From: Squalus acanthias
Lineage: Eukaryota
DNA length: 64,000 bases
Direction of reading: 5' to 3'
NCBI GenBank assembly: GCA_030390025.1
Contig: CM059432.1
Coordinates: 71,116,001-71,180,000 of the forward strand
Shown here piece by piece: positions 11,401 to 24,235 of this stretch. The translations under genes were made by a program, and so were the position numbers. The notes below the pieces were generated by a model that was not told where the DNA came from, did no database searches, and saw only the letters and a program-made list of their open reading frames with translations. Positions within the stretch are counted from its first letter, which is position 1; the number at the start of each line of letters is the position of its first letter.

Positions 11401-12928
11401 CTTGTTCTGCTTTTGCTATGCTGAGAATGAGGTGCTGCAGTATCAATGAACCGCCCCTTTAAGTATTGAAAAAAGCCTCTGGCAGTCATGTCTTGCAATT
11501 ATACTGCACTTAATATTGGTCCACTCTTTAAGTCTAACGCCAATGAGCTTGGGTTTTAAGACTTGATTTAGGACTCCAGTCATTTTATTGAGCAGAGCAC
11601 AAATTTTGCGTGCAGTCTAAAGCATTTGTGCCTGGCGTTAATTCTCCAACTTTTCTACTGACACTGCCCATTCCTTGGTTATAATGGATGTCTAGCCCTG
11701 TGTGTCTCAGTGAGGATTCATCAATCTGATTGGTTGAAGAGCCTTCCTGTTTCTTTACCTGCTCACAGACACCACAGATGCCCTGTAGAGGACGCCATGC
11801 TAGAACAGACGTCGGATTAGAGCAAGTCTGTGCTCAAAAGCCCCTGAACACTTGGTGAGCAGTTGTTAGCGAGGTGAACAGCAAGCCCCGCTGATCACAA
11901 AATCTGGGCCAATATTTATTTTCCTATTTAAAGCCCACCATTTGAATGTTGGTTATATTATTACATTTCAGCCTAAAATTCCTGATGCCTTGCTCTGTCA
12001 GCAGAAGTGCAGCGGACTTCCAACCGCCCACGAATCCCGCCGTCATTTCCAGTAGATATCCTGAGGTCAGTCCATTTATGTAATTATTCTGGGGTCCCCA
12101 CTGAAGACCCGCAGGTACCTGTGGTGTTGGAAGCTTAGATGCTGCTACAAAATTTAAAGCGTCAGTATTTCTTTTGGTGGTTCCTTCCCATCCTCCAGCT
12201 GAACTCCTCTCTCCAGTGCATTTTTATTAATTTGTTGCTGGGATGTGGGCTTCGCTGGCAAGGCCAGCATTCATTGTGCATCCCTAATTGCCCTTGAGAA
12301 GGTGGTGGTGAGCCGCCGCCTTGAACCACTGCAGTCTGTGTGGTGAAGGTACTCCCACAGTGCTGTTAGGGAGGGAGTTCCAGGATTTGACCCAGCGATG
12401 ATGAAGGAACGGCGATATATTTCCAAGTCAGGATGGAGTGATTTGGAGGGGAACTTGGAGGTGGCGGTGTTCTCATGCACCTGCTGCCTTGTCCTTCTAG
12501 GTGTTAGAGGTCGTGGGTTTGGGAGGTGCTGCCGAAGAAGCCTTGACGAGTTGCTGCAGTACAACTTGTAGATGGTACACACTGCAGCCACGGTGCACCT
12601 TTGGTGAAGGGAGTGAATGTTTAAGGTGGTGGATGGGGTGCCGATCAAGCAGGCTGCTTTGTCCTGGATGGTGTCGAGCTTCTTGAGTGTTGTTGGAGCT
12701 GCACTCATCCAGGCAAGTGGAGAGTATTCCATCAAACTCTTGACTTGTGCCTTGTAGATGGTGGAAAGGCTTTGGGGAGTCAGGAGATGAGAAACTTGCC
12801 ACAGAATACCTAGTCTCTGACCTGCTTTTGTAGCCACAGTATTTATGTGGCTGGTCCAGTTAAGTTTCTGGTCAATGGTGACCCCCCAGGATGTTGATGG
12901 TGGGGGATTTGGTGATGGTAATGCCATT

Positions 12929-13465
12929 CTACCCAACGTAAATTGAGGTCATCCAAAACTCGGCTGCCCGTGTCCTAATTCACACCAAGTCCTGTTCACC
13001 CATCACCCCTGTGCTCGTTGACCTACATTGGCTCCCGTTTAAGCAACGCCTCGATTTCAAAATTCTCATCCTTGTTTTCAAATCCCTCCATGGTCTCGCC
13101 CCTCCCTATCTCTGTAATCCCCTCTAGCCCCACAACCCCCCGAGATATCTGCGCTCCTCTAATCCTGCCCTCTTGAGCATACCTGATTACAATCACTCAA
13201 CCATTGGTGGCCGTGCCTTCTGTTGCCTAGGCCCTAAGCTCTGGAATTCCCTTCCCAAACCTCTCCGCCTCGCTACCTCTCTTTCCTCCTTTAAGAAGCT
13301 CCTTAAAAATCTACCTCTTTGACCAAGCTTTTGGTCATCTGCGCTAATTTATCCTTATGTGGCTCAGTGTCAATTTTTTTGTCTTATAATACTCCTGTGA
13401 AGCGCCTTGGGACGTTTTACTACGTTAAAGGCGCTATATAAATACAAGTTGTTGTTGTTGTTGTT
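12929..13465 (+). mobile_element. L2-type LINE 3' end with (GTT)n tail, inserted in the LINE above
   Basis: IQNSAARVL…HITPVLVDLHWLP…FKILILVFKSLHGLAPPYL; tail aaggcgctatataaatacaagttgttgttg. Confidence 0.85.
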
Positions 13466-14475
13466 GAATGTCAAGGAGCGGTGACTAGATTCTCTCTTGT
13501 TGGAGATAGTCATTGCCTGGGACCTGTGTGGCATGAATGTTACTTGCCACTTATCAGCCCAAGCCTGAATGTCATCCAGTTCTTGTTGCATGCAGGCATG
13601 GACTACTTCATTATCTGAGGAATTGCAAATGTAACTGAACACTGTGCAATCATCAGCGAACATCCCTACGTCTGACCTTATGATGGAGAGAAGGTCATGG
13701 ATGAAGCAGCTGAAGATGGTTGGGCCTAGGACATTGCCCTGAGGAACTCCTGCAGCAATGTCCTGGGGCTGAGATGATTGGCCTCCAACCACCACAACCA
13801 TCTTCCTTTGTGCTAGCTATAACTCCAGCCAATGGAAAGTTTTCCCCCTGATTCCCATTGACTTCAGTTTTACTAGGGGTCCTTGATGCCACACTCGGTC
13901 AAATGCTGCCTTGATGTCAAGGACAGTCACTCTCACCTCACCTCTGGAATTCAGCTCTATTGTCCATGTTTGGACCAAGGCTGTAATGAGGTCTGGAGCC
14001 AAGTGGTCCTGGCGGAACCGAAACTGAGCATCGGTGAGCAGGTTATTGGTGAGTAAGTGCTGCGTGAATTTCGACGACACCTTCCATCACTTTGCTGATG
14101 ATTGAGAGTAGACTGATGGGGCAGTAATTGGCTGGGTTGGATTTGTCCTGCTTTTTGTGGACTGGATGTACCTGGGCAGTTTTCCACATTGTCGGGTAGA
14201 TGCCAGTGTTGTAGCTGTACTGGAACAACTTGGCTAGAGGCGTGGCTAGTTCTGGAGCACAAGTCTTCAGCACGATAGTCAGGATGTTGTCGGGGCCCAT
14301 AGCCTTTGCTGTATCCACTGCGCTCAGCCATTTCTTGATATCACGTGGAGTGAATCGAATTGGCTGAAGACTGGCTTCTGTAATGGCGGGGACCTCAGGA
14401 AGAGGCTGAGATGGATCATCCACACGGTATTTCTGGCTGAAGATGGTTTCAAATGCTTCAGCCTTGTCTTTTGCA

Positions 14476-16010
14476 TTCCTGGCTGTTGTGCTGAAGACTT
14501 GTGCTCCAGAACTAGCCGCACCTCTAGCCAAGCTGTTCCCATACAGCTACAATACTGGCATCTATCGGACAATGTGGAAAATTGCCCAGGTATGTCCTGT
14601 CCACAAAAAGCAGGACAAATCCAATCTGGCCAATTACCGACCTATCAGTGTACTCGCAATCAGAAGCAAAATGATGTAAGGTGTCATCGACAGTGCTATC
14701 AAGCGGCACTTACTCACCAATAACCTGCTCACTGATGCCCAGTTTGGGTTCCGCCAAGATCACTTGGCTCCTGACCTCATTACAGTCTTGGTCCAAACAT
14801 GGACAAAGGAGCTGAATTCCAGAGGTGAGGTGAGAGTGACTGCCCTTGACATCAAGTCAGTATTTGACCGAGTGTGGCATCAAGGAGCCATAGTAAAACT
14901 GAAGTCAATGGGAATCAGGGGGAAAACTCTCCACTGGCTGGAGTCATACCTAGCACAAAGGAAGATGGTTGTGGTGGTTGAAGGTCAATCATCACAGCCC
15001 CAGGACATTGCTGCAGGAGTTCCTCAGGGCAGTGTCCTAGGCCCAACCATATTCAGCTGCTTCATCAATGACCTTCCCTCCATCATAAGGTCAGAAATGG
15101 GGATGTTCGCTGATGACTGCACAGTGTTCAGTGCCATTCACAACTCCTCAGATAATGAAGCAGTCACTGCCCGCATGCAACAAGACCTGGACGACATTCA
15201 GACTTGGGCTGATAAGTGGCAGGTAACATTCGAGCCACACAAGTGCCAGGCAATGACTATCTCCAACAAGCGAGAGTCTAGCCACCGCCCCTTGACATTC
15301 AACGGCATTACCATCGCCGAATCCCCCACCATCAATATCCTGGGGGTCACCATTGACCAGAAACTTAACTGGACCAGCCACATAAATACTGTGGTAACAA
15401 GAGCAGGTCAGAGGCTGGGTATTCTGCTTCGAGTGTCTCACCTCCTGACTCCCCAAAGCCTTTCTACCATCTACAAGGCACAAGTCAGGAGTGTGATGGA
15501 ATACTCTCCACTTGCCTGGATGAGTGCAGCTCCAACAACACACAAGAAGCTCAACACCATCCAGGACAAAACAGCCTGCTTGATTGGCACCCCATCCACC
15601 ACCTTAAACATTCACTCCCTCCACCACCAGCGTACTGTGGCTGCAGTGTGTACCATCTACAAGATGCACTGTAGTAACTCACCAAGGCTTCTTCGGCAGC
15701 ACCTCCCAAACTCACGACCTCTTCCACCTAGAAGGACAAGGGCAGCAGGCACCTGGGAACACCACCACCTCCAAGTTCCCCTCCAAGTCACACACCATCC
15801 TAACTTAGAAGTATATCGGCGATCCTTCATCGTCGCTGGGTCAAACTCCTGGAACTCCCTACCTAACAGCACTGTAACTTCACTACACGGACTGCAGTGA
15901 TTCAAGAAGGCAGCTCACCACCACCTGCTCAAGGGCGATTAGGGATGGGCAATAAATGCCGGCCTTGCCAGCGAAGCCCATATCCCATAAACAAATATAT
16001 TTTTTTTAAA
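14476..16010 (+). mobile_element. 5'-truncated copy of the same CR1-group LINE, inserted antisense in a sister copy
   Basis: 378-aa RT ORF at 14764-15900 (ALDIKSVFDRVWH, GVPQGSVLGP, FADDC, ILGVTID); same 3' end. Confidence 0.9.
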
Positions 16011-16889
16011 CTCGCTTAACGGGCTCTGCCATCATTGTGAATGGGGATGTTCATGGAGCCTACTCCTCCCATTAGTTATTTAATTGTCTACCACCATTCA
16101 CGACTGGATGTAGCAGGAGTGCCGAGCTTTGATCTGCTCCGTTGGTTGTGGGATCACTTAGCTCTGTTTATAGCACGCTGTTTCTGCTGTTTAGCATGCA
16201 GGTAGTCCTGTGTTGCAGCTTCCCCAGGTTGGCACCTCATATTTAGGTACGTCTGGTGCTGCTCCTGGCATGCTCTTTTACATTCCTCATTGAACCAGGA
16301 TTGGTTCCCTGGCGTGATGGTAATGATAGAGTGAGGGATATGCCGGGCCATGAGGTTACAGATTGTGGTGGAATATAATTCTGCTGCTGTTGATGGCCCA
16401 CGGCGCCTCATGGATGCCCAGGTTTGAGCTGCTAGAACTGTTCTGAATCTATCCCATTTAGCACGGTGGTAGTGCCACACAACACGGTAGAGGGTTTCCT
16501 CAGTTTGAAGACAGAAGTTTGTCTCCACAAGGACTTTGCGTTGGTCACTGCTATCAGTACTGTCATGGACAGATGTGTCTGCGACAGGTAGATTGGTGAA
16601 GACGAGGTAAAGCAGGTTTTTCCCTCGTGTTGGTTCTCTCATCACCTGCTGCAGGCCCAGACTGGCAGTTATGTGCTTCAGGACTCAGCCAGCTCGGTCA
16701 GTATTGGTGCTAGTGAGCCATTCTTGGTCATGGACATTGAAGTCCCCCACCCAGAGTAAATTCTGTGCCCTTGCTACTCTCAGTGCTTCTTCCAAGTGGT
16801 GTTCAACATGGTGGAGTACTGATTCATCAGCTGAGGGAGGGCGGTAGGTGGCAATTAGCAGGAGGTTTCCTTGCCCATGCTTGACCTAA

Positions 16890-17080
16890 AGCCATAATTA
16901 TGCAGGATGTAGCGGGGGATGACTATTATCAATAGCCAGGCCGGAGCATACTGCAAAGATCCACCAGACCTGTCCAGACAGTGGGATTGCGCTTTCAGCA
17001 TTCCAAAGCTTTGCCCTGTTATGACTCTGTTGAATGTGTGGGCCGCATTGTATCTCTCCTCAGCCTCACTATGAGAAATC
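16890..17080 (-). pseudogene. Old Harbinger DDE transposase C-terminal fragment
   Basis: EAEERYNAAH…FGMLKAQSHCLDRSGGSLQYAP…ILHN. Confidence 0.7.
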
Positions 17081-17203
17081 CTGATTGAAATCATTAACTG
17101 GGTTTGGGTCCCAGAGACCATCCAGTAATTGGCAAAATGAACTAGTATAGACGAGATGTAAGAAATCATGAATAGGAAGAAATTGTGAATTATAAGAAAT
17201 AAT

Positions 17204-17918
17204 GGGGGAAAAATTGGTTGGCGGCCATTTTGGGGCACTAACATTGCCATGGCGCTAATTTTAGCGGCCCGAAAAAGTTAGCGCTCCCCCGCCGTAAATT
17301 CAGTAGTAGCACCCCAAGCAGGAGGTGGGGCACTACTGGAAAGTGCTCCAACTCCTGCTTGGGGCGCTACTACTGAATTTCACGGTGCTATGTGCAGCAG
17401 TGCCACGCGCGGCGGCAATTATCACTGCGTCATTGCAGGCCTCCTCCCCTGATTAAAGGAGAGGGGCCTAGCCCTGCGTGCACCGGGGCCCTGCTGGACC
17501 ACTGGGGAGCGGGGTGCCGTGAAAACATCCCGGCACTCAAGAGGAGTGCCGGGCTGAGCGATCGCGGCAGGCACCCGGCATACAAAAGCGAAAGTGGGCA
17601 GGTGCTGGCAATCAGCCAAAATAAAAATGGCCGCCCGACACCTGCCCTTTAACTTGCGCCACCGCCTCTGCCAAACCACCCCCCTGATCCTGTAGCACAT
17701 AGCGTGCGGCGATAGGTCAGGGGGCGTAAGGGAAGTTTGCGGCCGGGGCGCAAGCGGGGCGTTGCGCACGGTGATGACAGCTACCACCGCCGCTAACCTC
17801 CCGCTGAATTTCTCGGGAGGCGTTAGCGGCGCCACACCTGGGCGCTAGGGGTTTTGCGCCCTGTTAGCACCCCTCTGGGACGCTAACGAGAGGCGCAAAG
17901 CAATCCAAATTTTCCCCC
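17204..17918. mobile_element. GC-rich Harbinger MITE
   Basis: TIR GGGGGAAAAATTGG / CCAAATTTTCCCCC; exact TSD AAT; internal 39-bp hairpin. Confidence 0.85.
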
Positions 17919-18164
17919 AATTATTTTATAAATCAAATAAGCTCATTCGAGCTGAGCAGCCAGCATAAGCTGCTGGTACAGAAAAAAATGTTGTCATCTG
18001 TTACGGGTTGTATGTCTACTATGTCAATCCTGGTTTAGCTGTATTTGAACTGCCGCTCCTTAATAAAATGATCTGTGACTCCTAAGACCCTTTGGATAAT
18101 CTGTGTGTGACCTGTGATCCTAATTTACAGAAGACTGCTACATTATAAACACATCATGGCAAGT

Positions 18165-18550
18165 ACCTCTGGTTGATGTGGAGGATCTTGTGCCTTTGAT
18201 TACATACTGGCTACACAGTTAGGTAATGGCATCCCTTCCTGTTAATGTAAGCCACTGCATCTTCTACTGATGCTCTGATAGCCACATGAATGCAATCCAC
18301 TGCCCCTTGCACCCTTGCTACTTTAAAAAAGCACAATACCCTCTCACATTGAGAACCTGAATCCATGGGAGAATGAATGAGCTGGCCAGCTCTCCTGAAC
18401 AGTCCATCAGTCACCTGCCTGAGCCAGCGGTGGACTGCTGGCTATGAACTATTCCCGAGGTGCAGTGCACTAGACTGGAAGGAAGCCAATGCATGAAATG
18501 TCAGTGCAGTGGATACCTTCACCTTGACGGATAGGGCAGTGACCCAGCTG
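18165..18550 (-). pseudogene. Old Harbinger DDE transposase core fragment
   Basis: RVQGAVDCIHVAIRA…YINRKGCHYLTV, the first catalytic-Asp motif of DDE_Tnp_4. Confidence 0.75.
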
Positions 18551-19659
18551 GACTCCCCTTTCAGCTCTTCTGTTCTTTTTAAATATCTCTGAAAACAGTT
18601 ACTGGGGCTTTCTGGATTTCCACATCATAAAAACTGACATATAATATGTAACATGTAACAATAGGCATGTAACTTAGGAGTACTACAAATTGTTCCAAAT
18701 TTATGGTAATGGCATATCTTTCAGTTAACAAATAAGACATGTTAATTTATTTTAATAATCACATTTTTGGCATTAAATATTTGTGCAAGCATACAAAGTA
18801 ATAATTCAAAAATAATAAATTATCAAAATATTGACACTATCTTAAAATTTGAAATGATAAAGTCAATATTAATATTTAAAATGGAATGCCATTTCTAACA
18901 TACAGATATTCAGTCTACTGAGCTAACTGATGCACTTCTATTAGGTAGAAATGTTATTCAGGATCATTGTAGCAATGAACACTTACACAGCATTAGATTT
19001 CTGAGCAATATTCTACCATATTCTAAACATTTTTCATGCCCTCAATGGTTATTTCAGCCTCGTGACTATGGGGACGATTTGCACTGGCAGCTGGCAATTT
19101 ATTGAAGTCTGTACCATTATGCTGTGAGTGCTTCCAATTATCCTTTTACCAGGTCAGTCAGAGATGTGGAACTGTTTGTTCAGTACCTATAAGATGTAAT
19201 CAGATAGAAACTTGACAAAATCATTCAGCTCCGTGTTGTTTTATGTGTTACTTTCACCTGTCGTTTTGATATTTAACATCAGACTTGCAGAAGAACAAAA
19301 TGCATTAAACCACCTATAAACAGTGCTCCTTTACAGCTGGACCTTTCGGGAAACTGAGCAATATAAAATAATTGGTGAGGGAGCAAGAAGTCAGAATAAG
19401 GAACGTGGGTTGAGCGGAACAGTTGTGCAGTGTACCAATCAGGAAAGAAATTTGGGAGCTATTGTGAAAACATTATTGAAACCATTAGTATGGTTGTAGT
19501 GAAAATAAGTTAGCAGGTTCCATTGGCAGTGGAATGGAGTACAAATTAAAGGCAGTAATATTCTTACTGTATAAGATATTGGTTGGATTCCACCTGCAAT
19601 AGTTTATGCAGTACCATATTATCAAAAGGATTCTGTGGTCTTTCAAAGTTTGCATATGG

Positions 19660-19960
19660 AACAATAGAAGTTTACAGCACAGAAGGAGGTCATTCACCCC
19701 ATTTTGTATACGCCGGCTCTTTGGTAGAGCAATCAAAAGCTAATCCCACTGCCCCATTCTCTCCTTATAGTCTTGTACCTTCCTCTGCTTCAAATATTTA
19801 TCCAATTTTCCCTTAAAATATGCAATGGTCTCTGCCTCAACCACTTCCAGTGGCAAAGAATTCCATGCTCCAACAACATTCTTTGTAAAGAAATATCTCC
19901 AAACCTCACTCTCTTAGTGACAGATTTTTCACTCAGTGACAATTTTAAAGCGATGACACA
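19660..19960 (-). mobile_element. CR1 LINE 3' end, decayed
   Basis: atagaagtttacagcacagaaggagg… tail and ccacttccagtggcaaagaattcca, the reverse of the VWNSLP motif. Confidence 0.6.
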
Positions 19961-20229
19961 GCCCTTGGCACCGACTCCCCAATCAAGGGAAATAAGGGTC
20001 AATTTACTTCTCTGGTGCCTATCAGACAAGGTGGTGGCTCCGCCCACCTGATGATGTCAGTGGAAAGTATGATCGATTTTAGTGGTTGAGCTTCGTTTAA
20101 ATACAACAGGTCAGTGCTAATAGCACTGATTATAAGCAGCTCACCATTTAGGAGAGTGGGAAATCTGGCAGGCTCCAGCGCTTAAAAAAAAGTGCATTTT
20201 TCAAAGGTGGACAGCGGGTTACTGAGACA

Positions 20230-21400
20230 GCAGGCAGTATGATGTGGTCAGGGCATCCTGATGGTCTGATACAGCCATGGAGGTGCTCATGGAGCAAGTG
20301 AAGAATAGGAGGGAGGTCCACTTTCCTTCAGACGGGTGATTGCTGCCCCGGAAAATTAGCCAGCAGCAGTGAAGTGGTCAATATCGGCAACAGTATCTGG
20401 CTGTAGTGCAGGAAAAATTACCAAGACTCCACTTCACATCTTTCTTACTCTTAACAGTTCTGTAACACCATACCTTAGCCTCAGCACTATAAGTTATTCC
20501 TTCACCCGCTTCCCATGCCTCCTCCAATCACAGCAGGACACATCACTACACCTTCTTCTGTTTGCACTCATACACTTAACATCTGCTACTACCCTCACAA
20601 CTACTTCCCCTCCTGCCAAAACTTGCTGCTTCTTCCTGTCAGCAAGCCTACTATTCTAAATTGCCTCATAGATCTTCCAAACTTTTCAGCAGCTCACACA
20701 ATAACTCACTTCCACTCTTCCTGCAAAGAAGCTGGCTCACAATCAAAGGGAGAATTCCAAAACAGTACGAGGTCCCACTAGATTACAAACTGTGATACTG
20801 ATGAAGGATGCAGCTGTCGACATAATTGGCAGAGAGAGAGGACAAACGGCATTGGAGATGGTGAGGTCGGAAGCCAGGTTCAGCAGGGTGTTTGGGCATT
20901 TTCCATTCCTCTTCTCTTTCCATGTAACTCTTTACGGTGCACGAACACACAATGACAACTTGGTGCTGCATTGCACTACCAATCATCTGTAGCTGCTTAC
21001 CCTCGCCACGACATGCTAACTCTTGTCCCTCTGGCCTTTTCTAAGTGCTTCAGATGACTTGGGCCCTGTAGACAAACAGACGGAGGGGGACAACCCTCCT
21101 AAGATGCACCCTCACTCGCTCTTATCCTTCCAAGCACCAGCACAGAGATCAGCACCCCGTGTAGTAAAGATAATAAATTATATGGCAAAAGCAGGTGTAA
21201 GTGGAAAGAACAGCTCAGGAAACAGCTCACTGGAGGACCAGCTCAGGTATTAGCCCTGCCAAAGAGAACAGAGATGCAGACCTTAGGGGCCCAGCCTTTA
21301 AAAGAAAAATGATTGCTGAGCCTCAGCAGTTGCTGAATGTATTGTGCTGCCTGCCAGAGAGCTACCACAAGCTGTTGGAGATGGTGAAAGCTACACGTTG
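20230..21400 (+). pseudogene. Highly decayed Harbinger Myb/SANT gene
   Basis: AMEVLMEQVKNRREVHFPSDG and KKLAHNQRE segments parallel the exons at 24804-25540. Confidence 0.5.
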
Positions 21401-21455
21401 CCCATGACTGTATCCCAGGGCACCAGCTGGGCACAGATATAAGGAAGTGCTGGCA

Positions 21456-21777
21456 TCACAGAATCACAGAATCCCCACAGTGCAGATAGAGGCCATTTCG
21501 GCCCATCGAGCCTGCACCGACACATATCCCACCCTATCCCCGTAACCCCACGTATTTAATCCCCCCTAACACTAAGGGTCAATTTATCATAGCCAAATCA
21601 ACCTAACTCGCACATCTTTGGACTGTGGGAGGAAACCGGAGCACCCGGAGGAAACCCACGCAGACACGGGGAGAATGTGCAAACTCCACACAGACAGTCA
21701 CCCGAGGCCGGATTCGAACCCGAGTCCCTGGCGCTGTGAGGCAACAGTGCTAACCACTATGCCACCGTGTTGCCCCT
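21456..21777 (-). mobile_element. HE1-type V-SINE (tRNA-derived)
   Basis: V domain ggaaaccggagcacccggaggaaacccacgcagacacggggaga; A box TGGCATAGTGG; B box GGTTCGAATCC; CR1-like tail. Confidence 0.9.
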
Positions 21778-21849
21778 CCACTATGCCACCGTGTTGCCCC
21801 TCCACTATGCCACCGTGTTGCCCCTCCACTATGCCACCGTGTTGCCCCT
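21754..21849. repeat. 4 perfect copies of 24 bp (SINE 5' end including the A box)
   Basis: (ccactatgccaccgtgttgcccct)x4. Confidence 0.95.
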
Positions 21850-23669
21850 AGAGTGATCATCAAGCACACCACTGGAAAGTTAAAGCAACACTTCAAGTGT
21901 CTGATAATTCTGGGATATCGTTTATTACAGGTTTCAAGAACTGTTGTTTTGTGTTACATGCTGCACAACTTTTCTCAATGAAGAGACATTATCCTGGAGT
22001 TCCCAGAGGAGGAAGGTCCCCAGGAACAGCAAGGGACTACCAAGCGGAGCAGCAGGAGTCTGCAGAACAGTACCTGATGCCTGCTGTGACAACCATTTGG
22101 CTCCATGTCTGTCTCTGTTCCCATTTCTTTTCCCACCCTTTTTTTTCCCACCCAAAGTGCTGCTTCCAGCTTCTCCTCTCTTCCCGCCCAAATGTTCTTT
22201 CCCAGTTTCTGTCTCTTCTTCAAAGAACTGCTTCCAGCTTTTGTCCCCTTCCATCTCTCCTTCATTGCCATCCATTCCTCTAAATAGGAATGTCAATTCT
22301 TAGTCTCGGAATCTGACTCTTAGTGGCCTGTAGTGTTTAACAGCAACTTTGCTCAGTTGGATAAAAGCAACTGACACTATAAAGGTATTGTTGATAAGAT
22401 TGTATCATGGGATGTTGTATGAAAAATTAATAGCTATTTTGATCATAAGCTGTTTAGTTGTTTACTTCAATTGCAGAATGTTTTAGTAGGTGTTAGAATG
22501 CTGTAGGAGGTTCTAGTGTGAATTGGAGAATATTATGGCAGTTTTGTGGTATAATTAATAACATTTCAGTTAATTGGACCCCAAAGTTCTGTCACTCAGG
22601 ATGACACTGCAATTGTTCCATGTGATGTAACATTACGGGTGAACTAGTATAATTATTCAACTGATGTAAGATTCGTCCATGACTCAGTGTAACTGTTCAT
22701 TTACTAGAAGGTTTCTTTCAGTGGCAAATCAGCCTGACAACCACGAGTAGGAACTCAGCATTGACCCCACAGACCTGTGGCCTGGCGTTATGAAAGAAAG
22801 AACTTGCATTTATATAGAGTCTTCTGTGTCCTCAGGACATTTCAAAGTACTTTACAGCTAATTATGTGGGTGGGTTGTAGTCCTGGAGGAGGTCACAAAA
22901 ATATAGAGGGATGAGCCCATAAAGAGATTTAAATACGAGGATGAAAATTTTAAATTGGAGCTGTTTCGGGACCAATTTTCTTTCTTTTTCCTTCTCATGC
23001 TTTTTTCGTCTTTTCCAAATTATTTCCTCTTCTGAAAGCAATGTGAAATCAGTGGCTCTTTACTATATACCTCAAGTTCACAGGCAATGTTAATTCTTTC
23101 AGCAAAATTGGAATATTTTATCTTTTCTAACCCATTTTTATCAAAACACTTACTGCCATTTGATGTCAAAGAAAGTTTTTCTCAGGAAGCTAAATATTTG
23201 TTGTTATTAGTGTGAAGGTATCCTCAGAATGTAAAGTTTTTGTTTATAACAGTGTGATTGTAAAACCGTCATAAATTCAGGCTTTAATATTGTCCTAAGT
23301 TCCATCTGGCCATTTGCCTGTCCCTTTTATTTATTCTTCTGTTTACTAGTTAGACATGATAGTCGACTTTATCTATATTATAATGAGAATGTATATATAA
23401 TCATATTTGCAAACTCATTTCACATAATCAGCAAAAGAGGAGACTTCAATCCTGTCTGGAATTGAGCCGACAGGGGAAGCAGGGATTTTCAATTCGTGGC
23501 CACCCATTTAGCACTGCTACAATGGGTGCTAGGCCTCCAAATTTACGTGGGAATCTCTCACTCCCAATGTCCACCATAAGTGCGCCCAACGCCATTTTGA
23601 GTTATGTGCATTTTAGTCGTCTAGGGTGCCTGCCCCAAACCAGCGGACACCTAATAAACATATGTAATT

Positions 23670-23995
23670 GAGAAAGAAAGGAAGGACTTACATTTATATG
23701 CTGTCTTTCACAACCTCAGGACGTCCCAAAATCCTTTACAACCAATGAAGCACTTTTGAAATGTAATCAGTGTTGTAACGTAGGAAATGCAACAGCCAAT
23801 TTGCACACAGCAAGCTCCCACAAACCGCAATGAGATAATGACCAGATCATTTGCTTTATTTATGTTGGTTGAGGGGTAAATATTGGCCAGGACACCGGGA
23901 AGAACTACCCTGCTCTTCTTTGAAATAGTGCCATGGGATCTTTCATGCCCACCTGAGAGGGCAGACGGGACCTTGGTTTAATGTCTCATCTGAAA
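23670..23995 (-). mobile_element. SacSINE1-like DeuSINE, partial
   Basis: gaaatagtgccatgggatctt…cacctgagagggcagac; L2-type tail; similar to 59722-60185. Confidence 0.8.
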
Positions 23996-24113
23996 TTTCT
24001 ATTCCTCAGGTTCATTCCAGGTTGCAACAGTGTTGATATATGATGAAGTAACCATTTTTATACCATTGAAATATAGTGACTTAACTAAGTTAAATGAACA
24101 GAAGGACATAAGA

Positions 24114-24235
24114 TAGCAAAATACTGCAGATGCTGGAAATCCGAAATAACAACAGAAAACGCTGGAAAAACTCAGCAGGCCAGGCAGCATCCGTGGAGAG
24201 AGAAAGAGAGTTGACGTTTCAGGTCGATGACCTTT
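24114..24235 (-). mobile_element. Short Penelope-like terminal fragment
   Basis: 15-bp TSD CAGAAGGACATAAGA (24099-24113 / 24236-24250); contains the hammerhead 3' half (aggtc-atc-gacct-GAAAC-GTC on -). Confidence 0.75.

Larger units (their letters stand above)
5516..11698 (+). mobile_element. Harbinger deletion derivative (transposase 5' part on +, Myb/SANT gene remnant on -)
   Basis: Ends GGGGGAAAAATTC…GATGTCTAGCCC with flanks TGC/TGT; transposase N-terminus and Myb-like exons inside. Confidence 0.8.
4986..11910. mobile_element. Harbinger-type MITE, outer layer of nested stack (own sequence 4986-5515 + 11699-11910)
   Basis: TIR GGCCTGGATTTTG / CAAAATCTGGGCC; exact TSD AAT at 4983-4985 and 11911-11913. 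Confidence 0.8.
12222..16887 (-). mobile_element. CR1-group LINE (tRNA-headed family), APE-RT-3' end, interrupted twice
   Basis: PTRGKNLL (APE), GPDNI…YCPISLLSIISKVMEG, GVPQGNVLGP, MFADDC; 3' end GGGCAATTAGGGATG…CCCACATCCC near 12240; own segments 12222-12928, 13466-14475, 16011-16887. Confidence 0.85.

Noticed and set aside
14476..16010. Twin-priming inversion of a single LINE
   Set aside because: Both arms contain the same RT and 3' end and differ at many sites, so they are two copies.
21754..21849. CRISPR-like direct repeats
   Set aside because: No spacers; it is a tandem duplication of a SINE head in eukaryotic DNA.
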